A stretch of DNA of 64,000 nt from an uncultured virus (IMG/VR IMGVR_UViG_3300033072_000717) (taxonomy: Duplodnaviria > Heunggongvirae > Uroviricota > Caudoviricetes). This document shows, piece after piece, positions 1-8,320 of the stretch. The notes below the pieces were generated by a model. That model ran no database searches. It saw only the letters and a list, made by a program, of their open reading frames with translations, and had not been told where the DNA came from. The stretch lies in the IMG/VR virus record IMGVR_UViG_3300033072_000717, one strand, 5' to 3'. The position numbers and the translations under genes were made by a program. How positions within the stretch are numbered: the first letter of the stretch is position 1; the number at the start of each line of letters is the position of its first letter.

Positions 1-250
1 GAGGGATGCCGCGAGGGCTGCCGCGTATGCTGCCGCGAGGGCTGCCGCGAGGGCTGCCGCGTGGGATGCCGCGAGGGCTGCCGCGAGGGATGCCGCGAGG
101 GCTGCCGCGAGGGCTGCCGCGTGGGATGCCGCGAGGGCTGCCGCGTGGGCTGCCGCGAGGGCTGCCGCGTGGGATGCCGCGTATGCTGCCGCGTGGGATG
201 CCGCGAGGGCTGCCGCGAGGGCTGCCGCGTGGGATGCCGCGAGGGCTGCC
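1..250 (+). repeat. 12-bp tandem repeat (GCCGCG-AGG/TGG/TAT-GCT/GAT), about 20 units, coding
   Basis: Visible directly, e.g. gccgcgagggct / gccgcgtgggat repeated from the window start to ~250. Confidence 0.95.
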
Positions 251-307
251 GAAAGAAAACGGCAGGCGCACCGCCTGCTTGAGCTGATCGAGGAGGCCCG
301 CAAATGA
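2..307 (+). CDS. 3' part of an Ala-rich repeat phage protein ([12 protein letters not shown] repeats), 5'-truncated by the window
   Basis: Frame 2 reads [24 protein letters not shown]...[23 protein letters not shown] 305-307 overlaps the next ATG at 304 (ATGA coupling). Confidence 0.8.
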   Translation, partial: RDAARAAAYAAARAAARAAAWDAARAAARDAARAAARAAAWDAARAAAWAAARAAAWDAAYAAAWDAARAAARAAAWDAARAAERKRQAHRLLELIEEARK

Positions 308-681
308 ACAGCCCCCGCATCATCACCACCCTTGGGCCGAACGATGTCTTTGTCTTCGGTTCCAACCTCGCCGGCATCCACGGCGCCGGGGCCGCCAAGC
401 AGGCCCTTCGCTGGGGTGCCGTGCGCGGGGTGGGCGAGGGCCTGATGGGGCGCACCTACGCGCTCCCGACCAAGGACGCGCGTTTGGTGACCCTGCCACT
501 GCCTAGGATAGCCGAGCGAATCGCGACGTTCCTCCTGGTCGCCGCCAGCTATCGGCACCGCCGGTTCCTCGTTACGGCCATAGGCTGTGGCTTGGCCGGC
601 TACCAGCCGCACCAGATCGCCCCGCTCTTTGGCCAGCGCCCGCCGGAAAACGTGTTGCTGCCCGAAGTTTTCAACTTATGA
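304..681 (+). CDS. A1S_2505-like phage protein (macro-domain-like)
   Basis: VFVFGSNLAGIHGAGAA, TYALPTK and FLVTAIGCGLAGY motifs typical of this phage family. Confidence 0.7.
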   Translation: MNSPRIITTLGPNDVFVFGSNLAGIHGAGAAKQALRWGAVRGVGEGLMGRTYALPTKDARLVTLPLPRIAERIATFLLVAASYRHRRFLVTAIGCGLAGYQPHQIAPLFGQRPPENVLLPEVFNL

Positions 682-1073
682 ACACCCCAATGAAAGACGC
701 ACATCAAGAACAGGACAACCAATACGCGGCCATCGTGGCCGCCGCCCACTGGTGGCAGACCGAACTCTCCGATGAGTTTTCGGTCGCCCCGGCCGAAACC
801 ACGGGGGAGTTGCGCGCCACGCTCTCCCCGACCCTGGACCCCGAGCGGTCCGCCACCGCCCGCCGCCTCGCGCACGCGCTTGGCCTGCGCACTCGGGGCG
901 ACGCCTTCATCGGCGTTCCCTCGGGGGTGAGGCGCTGGCACCTGCTGTTCATCCGCGGCTTCGATGCCTTCCGCACCGGAGGGCATTGGCGCTTCCGGCG
1001 GATCGAGCAGCGGAAGGCTTACTACAACCTCTATAAGGCGCTGGCCAAGGCGCGGATGGAGGCCGGGGTATGA
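678..1073 (+). CDS. hypothetical protein
   Basis: ATGA overlap with upstream gene, same operon. Confidence 0.55.
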   Translation: MNTPMKDAHQEQDNQYAAIVAAAHWWQTELSDEFSVAPAETTGELRATLSPTLDPERSATARRLAHALGLRTRGDAFIGVPSGVRRWHLLFIRGFDAFRTGGHWRFRRIEQRKAYYNLYKALAKARMEAGV

Positions 1074-1142
1074 CCTTCGTGATTGTCTGCGTCGTGTGCA
1101 TGGCGATCCTAGCCGTGCAGGAAAACCAGGAGCCGCTGCCGT

Positions 1143-1157
1143 AAAACCGCTTGACGG
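1143..1157 (+). promoter_or_regulatory. sigma70-like -35 element AAAACCGCTTGACGG upstream of recT
   Basis: TTGACG in an intergenic gap; identical 15-mer on the minus strand at 58823-58837; CCGCTTGACGG also at ~11308. Confidence 0.55.
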
Positions 1158-1202
1158 CTATTTATCAACTGACCAGCCTTCGGATTACAGGAATTATCTA
1201 CC

Positions 1203-2471
1203 ATGACCACAGAAAATGAAAACACTCAGGTCGCCGTTGCGCGGCCGCAGTCCGTCAAGGACTTTCTCGCCGTCCCTGCCTACAAGGAGCGGTTCCACGA
1301 GGTGCTTCAGAAGCGGGCGCCGCAATTCATGGCGGCGATTGTGCAGACGGCCGCGCAGCCGCACCTGAAGGATGCGGAACCCCGGTCGATCATCGCCGGG
1401 GCGATGGTGGCGGCGACCCTCGACCTCCCGATCAATCAGACGCTGGGCATGGCTCACCTCGTACCTTACCGGGATTCGTCCGGCCAGCTCGTCGCACAAT
1501 TCCAGTGCGGGTACAAAGGGTTCATCCAGCTGGCCCTGCGATCTGGACAGTATCGCCGGCTGAATGCCGGGTCGGTTTCGGAGGGGGTCTTTCAGGGGTA
1601 CGACAAGGTGGGCGAGCCCATCATGGACTTTTCCCGGAACGACCCCGTTGCCCCGGCGGCGGGGTACTACTGCGCGTTCGAAACCGTGAACGGCTTCACC
1701 AAGATCGTTTACTGGACCAAGGCGCAGGTCGAGGCCCACGCCCGCAGGTTTTCCAAGGCGTTCTCTAAGGGGTTCAAGTCGAGCCCGTGGTTCTCGGACT
1801 TTGACTCCATGGCCACGAAGACCGTGATCAAGTCCGCCCTGACCAAGTGGGGCATCATGTCTGTCGAAATGCAGCAGGTTGCCGTGCACGACCAGGGCGT
1901 GCAGCTGGATGTGGACGCCGAGGTCAGGCACGTTGACGCGGAGCCGCTGGTGCCCCAGGGGGAAGGGGAGACGACGCCGCCCAAGCGTCCGCCCCCGCCG
2001 CCACGCAAACCCAAGGGCGTCGAGGCCATGAAGGTGGCCACGCCGGTCGCGGAGCCGGAGACCGTGAAGGAGCCGGAGCAGGAGCCCGAGGCGGAGCCGG
2101 AATCTGCACCGGAGCCGGAATCACAGCCCGCGCCGCAGCCGGAGCCCGCCAAGAAGAAGGCTGCCGTCGTGCAGCGCACCACACTGAATGACGGCGAAGT
2201 CATCACCGTGGAGGCGATGGTGGACTCGTTCAAGAAGGCTTCTGGCAGTCGGGGTGGCAAGCCTCACCCCTACATCTCCGCCTCCGTGGTCAGCCCGCAG
2301 TTCCGGGGCGATGTCAACCAGCCTGACGGCGGGCTTGACCAAGACGGCAGCCCGGTGAAGGAATGGCAGCTCGACAACCCCGTGCTGTTGACTTTGCGGG
2401 GCAAGAAATACCCCAATCACCCCGGCGTGGTCGTGCTCGTGGACAAGATCGAGGAGTCCGTGGCTTACTGA
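1203..2471 (+). CDS. recT: RecT-family single-strand annealing recombinase with Pro/Glu-rich linker and C-terminal domain
   Basis: AATLDLPINQTLGMAHLVPY, AQFQCGYKGFIQLALRSGQY and W.SDFDSMATKTVIK motifs. Confidence 0.9.
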   Translation: MTTENENTQVAVARPQSVKDFLAVPAYKERFHEVLQKRAPQFMAAIVQTAAQPHLKDAEPRSIIAGAMVAATLDLPINQTLGMAHLVPYRDSSGQLVAQFQCGYKGFIQLALRSGQYRRLNAGSVSEGVFQGYDKVGEPIMDFSRNDPVAPAAGYYCAFETVNGFTKIVYWTKAQVEAHARRFSKAFSKGFKSSPWFSDFDSMATKTVIKSALTKWGIMSVEMQQVAVHDQGVQLDVDAEVRHVDAEPLVPQGEGETTPPKRPPPPPRKPKGVEAMKVATPVAEPETVKEPEQEPEAEPESAPEPESQPAPQPEPAKKKAAVVQRTTLNDGEVITVEAMVDSFKKASGSRGGKPHPYISASVVSPQFRGDVNQPDGGLDQDGSPVKEWQLDNPVLLTLRGKKYPNHPGVVVLVDKIEESVAY

Positions 2472-2480
2472 GGCACTGGC

Positions 2481-2678
2481 ATGACTGATCACTCGGCCAT
2501 CGAATACGGCGGGCTTTCGTACGATGCGGAAACCCGCAAAATGCTGATCCTGTGCCTTTACCAAGCCGGCATTTCGGTCAAGGTGATAGCCGCCCACCTG
2601 CAATGCACCTGCGCTTGGGTGTCGCTGGTGGCGAACCGAGCCGGCCTGCGGAGGCGAAAGAGGAGGGGGACGGCGTGA
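2481..2678 (+). CDS. small HTH-like protein
   Basis: GISVKVIAAHLQCTCAWVSLV resembles an HTH; basic C-terminus. Confidence 0.5.
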   Translation: MTDHSAIEYGGLSYDAETRKMLILCLYQAGISVKVIAAHLQCTCAWVSLVANRAGLRRRKRRGTA

Positions 2679-2693
2679 GATGAGAACGAGTCT

Positions 2694-3011
2694 CAATAAC
2701 TTGACCGACAGCCTAATCATGAACACATGGTTAGCACTTTGCCGCTATGACTATTGACCAACTACTAGACGCACAATCGCCAGACGTGCGCGCAGAAATC
2801 GAAGCGATCACGCGCGAGGCCGGAACGTGGGATGCCGACTGGCAGGTGCTGCTTGCTGCTGGAACACGGAGCGCCGACTTGCGCACTACGCTCCGCGAAT
2901 ACCTCGCACTTTCGTCACTCGACGGACGGCCCGAGAGGCAACAACTCCGCGCGAAGCTCAAGACCTTGTGCTAACAATAACTTGACCGACAGCCTAATCA
3001 TGAACACATGG
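2694..3011 (+). repeat. 37-bp exact direct repeat (2694-2730 and 2975-3011) flanking a cassette-like ORF
   Basis: CAATAACTTGACCGACAGCCTAATCATGAACACATGG occurs twice. Confidence 0.95.
2747..2974 (+). CDS. hypothetical protein, cassette-like
   Basis: Bounded by GTTAGCAC (2730-2737) and its reverse complement GTGCTAAC (2968-2975), which contains the TAA stop. Confidence 0.65.
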   Translation: MTIDQLLDAQSPDVRAEIEAITREAGTWDADWQVLLAAGTRSADLRTTLREYLALSSLDGRPERQQLRAKLKTLC

Positions 3012-3215
3012 CACAAAACAGAGGAGCGATTCCCGCCGACTGGCGAGGTGGTGGAGATCACGCACCCGCAGCTCCGGGGGACCCGCATGGCGAAGATGGA
3101 TTCGCTCAGGCACTCCGGCTGGATGCTGACCGACTGCACGCACCCGGCACAAAACTGCTACGTTCCAACCGCCGAAAGGGCGTGGCGCGACATGGCGGCC
3201 ACGAAGTCACGGTGA
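3000..3215 (+). CDS. hypothetical protein (DUF551-like N-terminus)
   Basis: MNTWHKTEERFPPTGEVVEI; start lies in the second repeat copy. Confidence 0.5.
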   Translation: MNTWHKTEERFPPTGEVVEITHPQLRGTRMAKMDSLRHSGWMLTDCTHPAQNCYVPTAERAWRDMAATKSR

Positions 3216-3222
3216 TTTCTCT

Positions 3223-3355
3223 GCCGAACAAATAGCTGACCGATGAGCACGACGACAGCCACTCAAAACTCGCTCCTAGCAAGAGCTTTGGCCGGCACCT
3301 ACAATGTGCCCTTACGGAACGCTAGTGCTCATTCGCGTCTGGCGTCTGGTTCGCC
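3223..3355 (-). other. attC-like recombination site
   Basis: Minus strand: GGCGAAC-CAGAC-GCCAGACG..ATGAGCAC [loop] GTGCTCAT..GGTCAGC-TATTT-GTTCGGC. Confidence 0.7.
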
Positions 3356-4049
3356 GTCTGTGGCTGCTCTCTTCGTCCAGGAGGGCGGTGCATACTACGG
3401 CCTGCCGCATGTCGATCCGTGGCCGGAATCGCGGGACGCGCGCACTTACGCCGGCCCGTGGCCGGTCGTGGCACACCCGCCGTGCCAGAGGTGGGGCAAG
3501 ATGTGGTTCGGCCAGCCGCTCACCGTGAAACGGACGGGCGTGCGAAAGATCAAGGGCGACGACGGCGGCTGCTTCGAGGCCGCGCTCGCCGCCGTGCGCA
3601 AGTGGGGCGGCGTGCTGGAGCACCCGTGGGGGTCGCATGCGTGGCCGCACTACGGGCTTGCGAAGCCGCCCCGCGCCGGTGGCTGGATACGGGCGGACCG
3701 GGAAGGGGGGATGACATGCTGTGTTGAGCAGGGCCAATACGGGCACTATGCGCGGAAGCCGACAATGCTCTACGCCTGCGGCGTGGCCTGTCCGGAACTG
3801 CGCTGGGGACACACCGAGGCCCGCCTCGACCCCGCGGTGGTGGCGCGAATGGGGCTCAAGCGAGCCAAGCGCCTGGGCGAAGTGGGCGCCCGCGGCGGGG
3901 GCACCGACAGCACCGCCAGGATTCACACACCGGCCGAATTTCGCGACTTGCTACTGAGCATCGCGCTTTCGGCGAACGTGGAAGTGAGCGACCGCCGCGC
4001 TCACGCTCCCGAAAACACAACAGGCGCGAACGGCGGTTCGCTCCACTGA
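3243..4049 (+). CDS. C5 DNA-methyltransferase-like phage protein (cassette)
   Basis: DARTYAGPWPVVAHPPCQRWG (PPC catalytic-type motif) and GGVLEHP; starts in one attC and ends in the next. Confidence 0.55.
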   Translation: MSTTTATQNSLLARALAGTYNVPLRNASAHSRLASGSPSVAALFVQEGGAYYGLPHVDPWPESRDARTYAGPWPVVAHPPCQRWGKMWFGQPLTVKRTGVRKIKGDDGGCFEAALAAVRKWGGVLEHPWGSHAWPHYGLAKPPRAGGWIRADREGGMTCCVEQGQYGHYARKPTMLYACGVACPELRWGHTEARLDPAVVARMGLKRAKRLGEVGARGGGTDSTARIHTPAEFRDLLLSIALSANVEVSDRRAHAPENTTGANGGSLH

Positions 4050-4059
4050 CTGGTTAGCC
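3971..4059 (-). other. attC-like recombination site
   Basis: Minus strand: GGCTAAC-CAGTC-AGTGGAGC-GAACCGCCG [loop] CGGCGGTC-GCTCACT-TCCAC-GTTCGCC; 8-nt L'' versus 7-nt L' with extrahelical bases. Confidence 0.85.
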
Positions 4060-4066
4060 GAAAATT

Positions 4067-4297
4067 ATGCCCGAAGGACTATCAGAAGCATGGGAACATA
4101 GTAACCGTGAGGACCGCGAAAAACGCGAAGCCTACGCGCCAATCTCCGACGCCTACACGGGCGACGGCTGCAACAACCCCGCCTGTGGCCGATGCCGCGT
4201 TATCGAATACCGTAACGGTAAAAAGGTCTGCGAGAAATGCCACTGGGATCAAGATGCGAAGCAATATGACGGAACGCACAGCGAGCTTTTCGGCTAA
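4067..4297 (+). CDS. small Cys-rich (Zn-ribbon-like) cassette protein
   Basis: CNNPACGRC...CEKCHW; cassette ends GTTAGCCGAAAA (4053) and TTTTCGGCTAAC (4287) are exact 12-bp reverse complements. Confidence 0.7.
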   Translation: MPEGLSEAWEHSNREDREKREAYAPISDAYTGDGCNNPACGRCRVIEYRNGKKVCEKCHWDQDAKQYDGTHSELFG

Positions 4298-4484
4298 CGA
4301 CCGAGATGTGCCGACGAGCGGCACGAACGGAGAACCATACCATGAACCAACCGAAAACAAAACCCATGTTTGAACGTCACCGCGAACTCGAAGACCCGAC
4401 AGACGGGCCTGACGTGTTGAGCGCAATCGAGGCAGCCGAACAGCCGGCACATTGCCGCTCGTTGGCACTGGCTCGTGGTTGTCT
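4292..4484 (-). other. attC-like recombination site with long loop containing the next gene's start
   Basis: Minus strand: AGACAAC-CACGA-GCCAGTGC-CAACGAGCGGCA [loop] TGCCGCTCGTCG-GCACATC-TCGGTC-GTTAGCC. Confidence 0.8.
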
Positions 4485-4598
4485 TCCGGTGCCGAGCGCC
4501 GCAGCTCTTCTGCTCGCGGCAGCATGGGAGAGAGAAGGCGCATACCACGAAAAGGAAAGCGACTGCGACATGTATAGGGATTTATATACGAAGTTACC

Positions 4599-4895
4599 CT
4601 AAGCCTTCCGACCGGCACGGAACCCAAGTTGCCACGCGCACACCGCGCAGCGATGCCGGCCCGGCGGTTTCTGCGACTCCTCAAGCCCGTCAATCACCTC
4701 GGCGGGAGCACGGGAACCCTCGGAGCAGGATTCAACGGGTCCAGCGGGAAGCGCGGAGTGTTCACGGCCCCACGTATAACCCGCCTCGTAGGCACAGACG
4801 ACGCACTTGTGGCGTCCCAAACCGCCCTGATTCTCGTGGAGTTCGGCCGTAGCCATGACCCCCGGCATTGCATGGTTTCGTTCACAGACCGTCAT
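4599..4895 (-). CDS. IS passenger: small protein with duplicated Q..GRHxCxVCA(Y/W)..G motif
   Basis: NQGGLGRHKCVVCAYEAG and SQKPPGRHRCAVCAWQLG; stop codon lies in the left TIR. Confidence 0.6.
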   Translation of the reverse strand: MTVCERNHAMPGVMATAELHENQGGLGRHKCVVCAYEAGYTWGREHSALPAGPVESCSEGSRAPAEVIDGLEESQKPPGRHRCAVCAWQLGFRAGRKA

Positions 4896-4999
4896 GGGCC
4901 CTAAATGCCGCTCCCAGAGGGAGAAAACAAGCCGAGAACGATTCTTTCAATTCAGCACTTGACTACCCTAATCTGATCCTGTTTTGTCTGATTCAGCAG

Positions 5000-5944
5000 A
5001 TGAGCACCACCTTTCAGTTCAAGAACCTCGCGGAGTTCCTCGGTCACTTCAAAGACGAGGAGACATGCAAGCGGCACTTCGAGGCCATCCGCTTCCGCGA
5101 CGGCGCGTATTGCGCGCACTGTGGCCACAAGACCGTCTACAAGTTCAGCGGCGGCAAACGCTACCGCTGCGGCAAGTGCCGGCAGGACTTCACCATCAAG
5201 ACGAACACCGTGTTCGGCGAGAGCAAGCTGCCGCTCAAGAAGTGGTTCATCGCGATCTATCTGCTGACCACGAGCAGCAAGGGCATCTCGTCGGTTCAAT
5301 TGGCCAAGCACGTCGGCGTGACCCAGAAAACGGCGTGGTTCATGGACCACCGCATCCGCTCCGCCCTCAAGCAGAACAAGGGGCAACTGTTCGGCACCGT
5401 CGAGGTTGATGAGACCTACATCGGCGGCCGCGAGAAGAACAAGCACGCCTCGAAACGGCTGAAGAAAACCAAGGGCCGCAGTCTTGTCGGCAAGACGCCC
5501 ATCATCGGGCTCATGCAGCGGGACGGCGAGGTGCGGGCAACCGTGGCGGACGAGATCAACGCCCGGACCATCGGCCAGCAGGTGGTGGAGCACGTCAAGA
5601 TCGGGTCCAACCTGTTCACGGATGACTTCGGGGCCTACTACCACGTCGGCAAGTTCTTCTTCCATGCCATCACGCGGCACGGCCAAGGCGAATACGCACG
5701 CGATAGCGAGCACGGCCGGGTTCACTCGAACTCCATTGAGAGCTTCTGGGCGCTCTTCAAGCGCGGCTACCACGGAATCTACCACCAGATGAGCCGCAAG
5801 CACCTCCAAGCCTACGTCAACGAGTTCGCCTACCGGTTCAACCAGCGCGCCGAGGACCTTCAGACTGTCTTTTCCGATGTAGTCGAAAAAGTGTCGCTTA
5901 GCTCCAAGCTGCCCTACAAGAAACTGACCCACCAAGCCGCATGA
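5000..5944 (+). CDS. tnp: IS1595-family DDE transposase
   Basis: N-terminal Zn ribbon (CAHC..RYRCGKCR), HTH (GISSVQLAKHVGVTQKTAWFM), VEVDETYIGG, FTDD, HSNSIESFWALFKR, YVNEFAYRFN. Confidence 0.95.
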   Translation: MSTTFQFKNLAEFLGHFKDEETCKRHFEAIRFRDGAYCAHCGHKTVYKFSGGKRYRCGKCRQDFTIKTNTVFGESKLPLKKWFIAIYLLTTSSKGISSVQLAKHVGVTQKTAWFMDHRIRSALKQNKGQLFGTVEVDETYIGGREKNKHASKRLKKTKGRSLVGKTPIIGLMQRDGEVRATVADEINARTIGQQVVEHVKIGSNLFTDDFGAYYHVGKFFFHAITRHGQGEYARDSEHGRVHSNSIESFWALFKRGYHGIYHQMSRKHLQAYVNEFAYRFNQRAEDLQTVFSDVVEKVSLSSKLPYKKLTHQAA

Positions 5945-6846
5945 GCCGCCCCTCTAAAATGCACGCGCCGATTCAGGCGAACTTCGGGGACGTGCTGGCC
6001 GCAATCGCGGACGAGCAGAAGCCGGAAGTTGAGAGCATCGGGACGAGGCCGTTCCTGAAGTGGGTCGGCGGCAAGCGGTCGATCCTCTCGTTACTGGCGG
6101 ACCGGATGCCGGAGCGATACGGCACCTATCACGAGGGGTTCGTCGGTGGCGGCGCGCTTTTCTTCCACCTGCAACCAACCAAGGCGGCGCTCTACGACAT
6201 CAACTTTGCGCTCGTGCTCACCTATCAGGCGGTGCGCGACGACCTAGACCGGCTCATCTCGTTGCTTCAGGTTCACCAGCGGTCGCACAGCAAGGACTAC
6301 TTCAAGAAGGCGCGGGACAAGCTCTCCACCGAGTCCGACGCCACGCGGATTGCGGCGTGGTTCATCTACCTCAACAAGACGTGCTTCAACGGCCTGTTCC
6401 GGGTCAACAAGGCGGGCAAGTTCAACGTGCCGATGGGGAGCTACACCAACCCGGTCATCTTCGAGGAGGACGTGCTCCGCAACGACTCCAAGATGCTACG
6501 GGGTGTCACCATCACTCAGCAGCCGTTCTCGCAACTGCCCATCGTTCGGGAGGACTTCTACTATCTGGACCCGCCGTATCATAAGACCTACGACGGCTAC
6601 AACGGCAGCGGCTTTGGGGACGAGGAGCACACGAAGCTCGCGGAGCTATGCACGGAGATTCACGAGGCGGGCGGCTACTTTATGCTGTCCAATTCGGACA
6701 CGCCCTTTATCCGTGGGCTCTACTCCAAGTTCCACATTGAGGTAATTTCCGCGTCCCGCTCCGTCTCCTGCAAGGCCGACCAGCGGGGCAAAGAGAATGA
6801 GCTCGTCATCCGAAACTACACCACGCCAGCCAAACAGCGGGTCTAA
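5941..6846 (+). CDS. Dam/DpnM-family (D12 class) N6-adenine DNA methyltransferase
   Basis: RPFLKWVGGK, EGFVGGGALF, YLNKTCFNGLFRVN..G.FNVP.G, YLDPPY, FMLSNSD. Confidence 0.92.
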   Translation: MSRPSKMHAPIQANFGDVLAAIADEQKPEVESIGTRPFLKWVGGKRSILSLLADRMPERYGTYHEGFVGGGALFFHLQPTKAALYDINFALVLTYQAVRDDLDRLISLLQVHQRSHSKDYFKKARDKLSTESDATRIAAWFIYLNKTCFNGLFRVNKAGKFNVPMGSYTNPVIFEEDVLRNDSKMLRGVTITQQPFSQLPIVREDFYYLDPPYHKTYDGYNGSGFGDEEHTKLAELCTEIHEAGGYFMLSNSDTPFIRGLYSKFHIEVISASRSVSCKADQRGKENELVIRNYTTPAKQRV

Positions 6847-7303
6847 GGCCAACCAGACCGGCAGCGCACTGGAACGGGTAGTTGCTCAATCACTCATCAG
6901 TCGGGGATACGCGGAGTTCTGGAACCACAAGGCGCAGGTGTTTGAGAACCGGCACGCCATCGGCGGCAAGCAGTTCCTGAAGCAGCTACCGGTGGGTTTG
7001 ACCATCTACGATACGGTGCGGAAGTGCGACTTCCTGGTTATCAATCGGTCGCTGTTCCCCAAGGATCTCATCATTGAGTGCAAGTGGCAGCAGTCGGCGG
7101 GCTCCGTAGACGAGAAATACCCCTTTCTGCTGTTCAACATCATCAAGACCGGCATTCCCACGGTGGTCTTGATTGATGGGAAGGGCTACAAGCCGGCCGC
7201 GCTCAAGTGGCTCAAGGAGCAGGTCACAAAGAAGGGCTCACTTGTGGGGGTCTGGGACATGGCCGAGTTCCAGAAACAGGTGAACAACGGCTTTCTTGGT
7301 TAG
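6797..7303 (+). CDS. PD-(D/E)XK nuclease, putative restriction endonuclease partner
   Basis: KCDFLV...IIECKWQQSAGSVDEKYPF; overlaps the MTase 3' end; stop lies in the right TIR. Confidence 0.75.
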   Translation: MSSSSETTPRQPNSGSKANQTGSALERVVAQSLISRGYAEFWNHKAQVFENRHAIGGKQFLKQLPVGLTIYDTVRKCDFLVINRSLFPKDLIIECKWQQSAGSVDEKYPFLLFNIIKTGIPTVVLIDGKGYKPAALKWLKEQVTKKGSLVGVWDMAEFQKQVNNGFLG

Positions 7304-7442
7304 GGTAACTTCGTATATAAATCCCCATGTATAAGGGCGAATACGCCACCGGCCACGATCATGCCGGCCGTGCTGCCGCCTACCGCAGATGTGCGGAGGA
7401 CCTGCGCCGGCAGGTGGGGCACATGAATAAGCGTCAGCCGGA

Positions 7443-7492
7443 AGACAACAGTGAATATCAAACCGGCGGTTCGCATATCAAACCACGCTAAC
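7443..7492 (-). other. conserved array-head (attI-like) site, copy 1
   Basis: Minus strand GTTAGCGTGGTTTGATATGCGAACCGCCGGTTTGATATTCACT-GTTGTCT; near-identical copies at 53371 and 54892. Confidence 0.7.
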
Positions 7493-7508
7493 TATTCGCC
7501 CCCTCCCC

Positions 7509-7772
7509 ATGACCTCCCAACTTGAAGGACTGGAAAACTGCCCGCTCCACCGCCGCACCCCCTACGGCATAAAGAACGTATCAGAGACCCAATTCAGCGT
7601 TGCCAGATACTCGATGGGCTGCACCTACAACGGGGACCACTACATCTACATCCCTCCCACGGACGAGTTGATCCGGGCGGACGTGTGGAAGTGGAAGGCT
7701 GGGCAGATGATGAAGGCCAAAAACCGTCAAATGACGGCTTCACAACAACAACAACAACTACCCCTCCAATGA
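7509..7772 (+). CDS. hypothetical protein
   Basis: ORF following the array in the same orientation. Confidence 0.55.
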   Translation: MTSQLEGLENCPLHRRTPYGIKNVSETQFSVARYSMGCTYNGDHYIYIPPTDELIRADVWKWKAGQMMKAKNRQMTASQQQQQLPLQ

Positions 7773-8119
7773 CACGCTGGACCGACATGACACACAGAAA
7801 GACATATGCCCAAATGTGGGGGTGCGGCTGCGACTGTTGCTGCTACCAGCCGAGAATTGTCGAGCGCAGCCCATTGGAATACCGAGACCCAGGGTGGCTC
7901 CCGCCCGTGCTCCTTGAAGAAGGGCCGTGGAGGAGCGAGCCAACACGCGAGGAGTGGCGGGAGCAATGTGAGTGGCTTGTTGAAGCGGCACGCCGGCACA
8001 ACGTCGAAAACCTCGCTGAAATCGAGGAGCTTCATGCGGGCGTCGCTGGGCACTTGAGGCCCGCACAACTCCCGCTTCCGTCGCCTTTACCCGACACAAA
8101 CCCCGGTAACGACCGATAA
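7769..8119 (+). CDS. hypothetical protein
   Basis: ATGA overlap with the upstream ORF. Confidence 0.45.
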   Translation: MTRWTDMTHRKTYAQMWGCGCDCCCYQPRIVERSPLEYRDPGWLPPVLLEEGPWRSEPTREEWREQCEWLVEAARRHNVENLAEIEELHAGVAGHLRPAQLPLPSPLPDTNPGNDR

Positions 8120-8320
8120 AGCGGACGTTAAAGGGCGAACCCTAAACGACCCCCATCCCATGAAGATCGCCCTCATCGCCCTATGCGCCACCATGGTTGA
8201 GTTCCTTGGCTGGTGCGAGCGCCGCAATCGCGGCAAGGGGTCTTGGTATTCCGACCGGGTTCTGATCCGCCTCCAGGGCGCCTTCCTGTGCGCGGCGCTC
8301 TACGTCCTCTTGTCCTAGCC

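Larger units (their letters stand above)
4577..7325 (+). mobile_element. IS1595-family transposon with passenger genes
   Basis: Perfect 26-bp TIRs GGGATTTATATACGAAGTTACCCTAA (4577-4602, 7300-7325); 8-bp TSD CATGTATA (4569-4576, 7326-7333); IS1595-type transposase. Confidence 0.95.
4342..7491 (+). pseudogene. cassette gene interrupted by the IS1595-family element
   Basis: Removing 4577-7333 restores one frame: MNQPKTK...ESDCDMY|KGEYATGHDH...PEDNSEYQTGGSHIKPR*; cassette ends GTTGTCTTCCGG (4478) and CCGGAAGACAAC (7438) are reverse complements. Confidence 0.85.

Noticed and set aside
6..287. ORF-track proteins (PRGL)n and (GCRE)n
   Set aside because: Alternative frames of the 12-bp repeat; the Ala-rich frame is the one coupled to the next gene.
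2694..3011. Diversity-generating retroelement TR/VR pair
   Set aside because: Copies are identical and only 37 bp, with no A-specific mismatches and no reverse transcriptase.
4868..4999. ORF-track 5' extension of the transposase
   Set aside because: Overlaps the divergent ORF and a promoter-like TTGACT; homology-like sequence begins at ATG 5000.
7743..7758. (CAA)n run as a contingency locus
   Set aside because: Only about five units, in-frame poly-Gln at a C-terminus.
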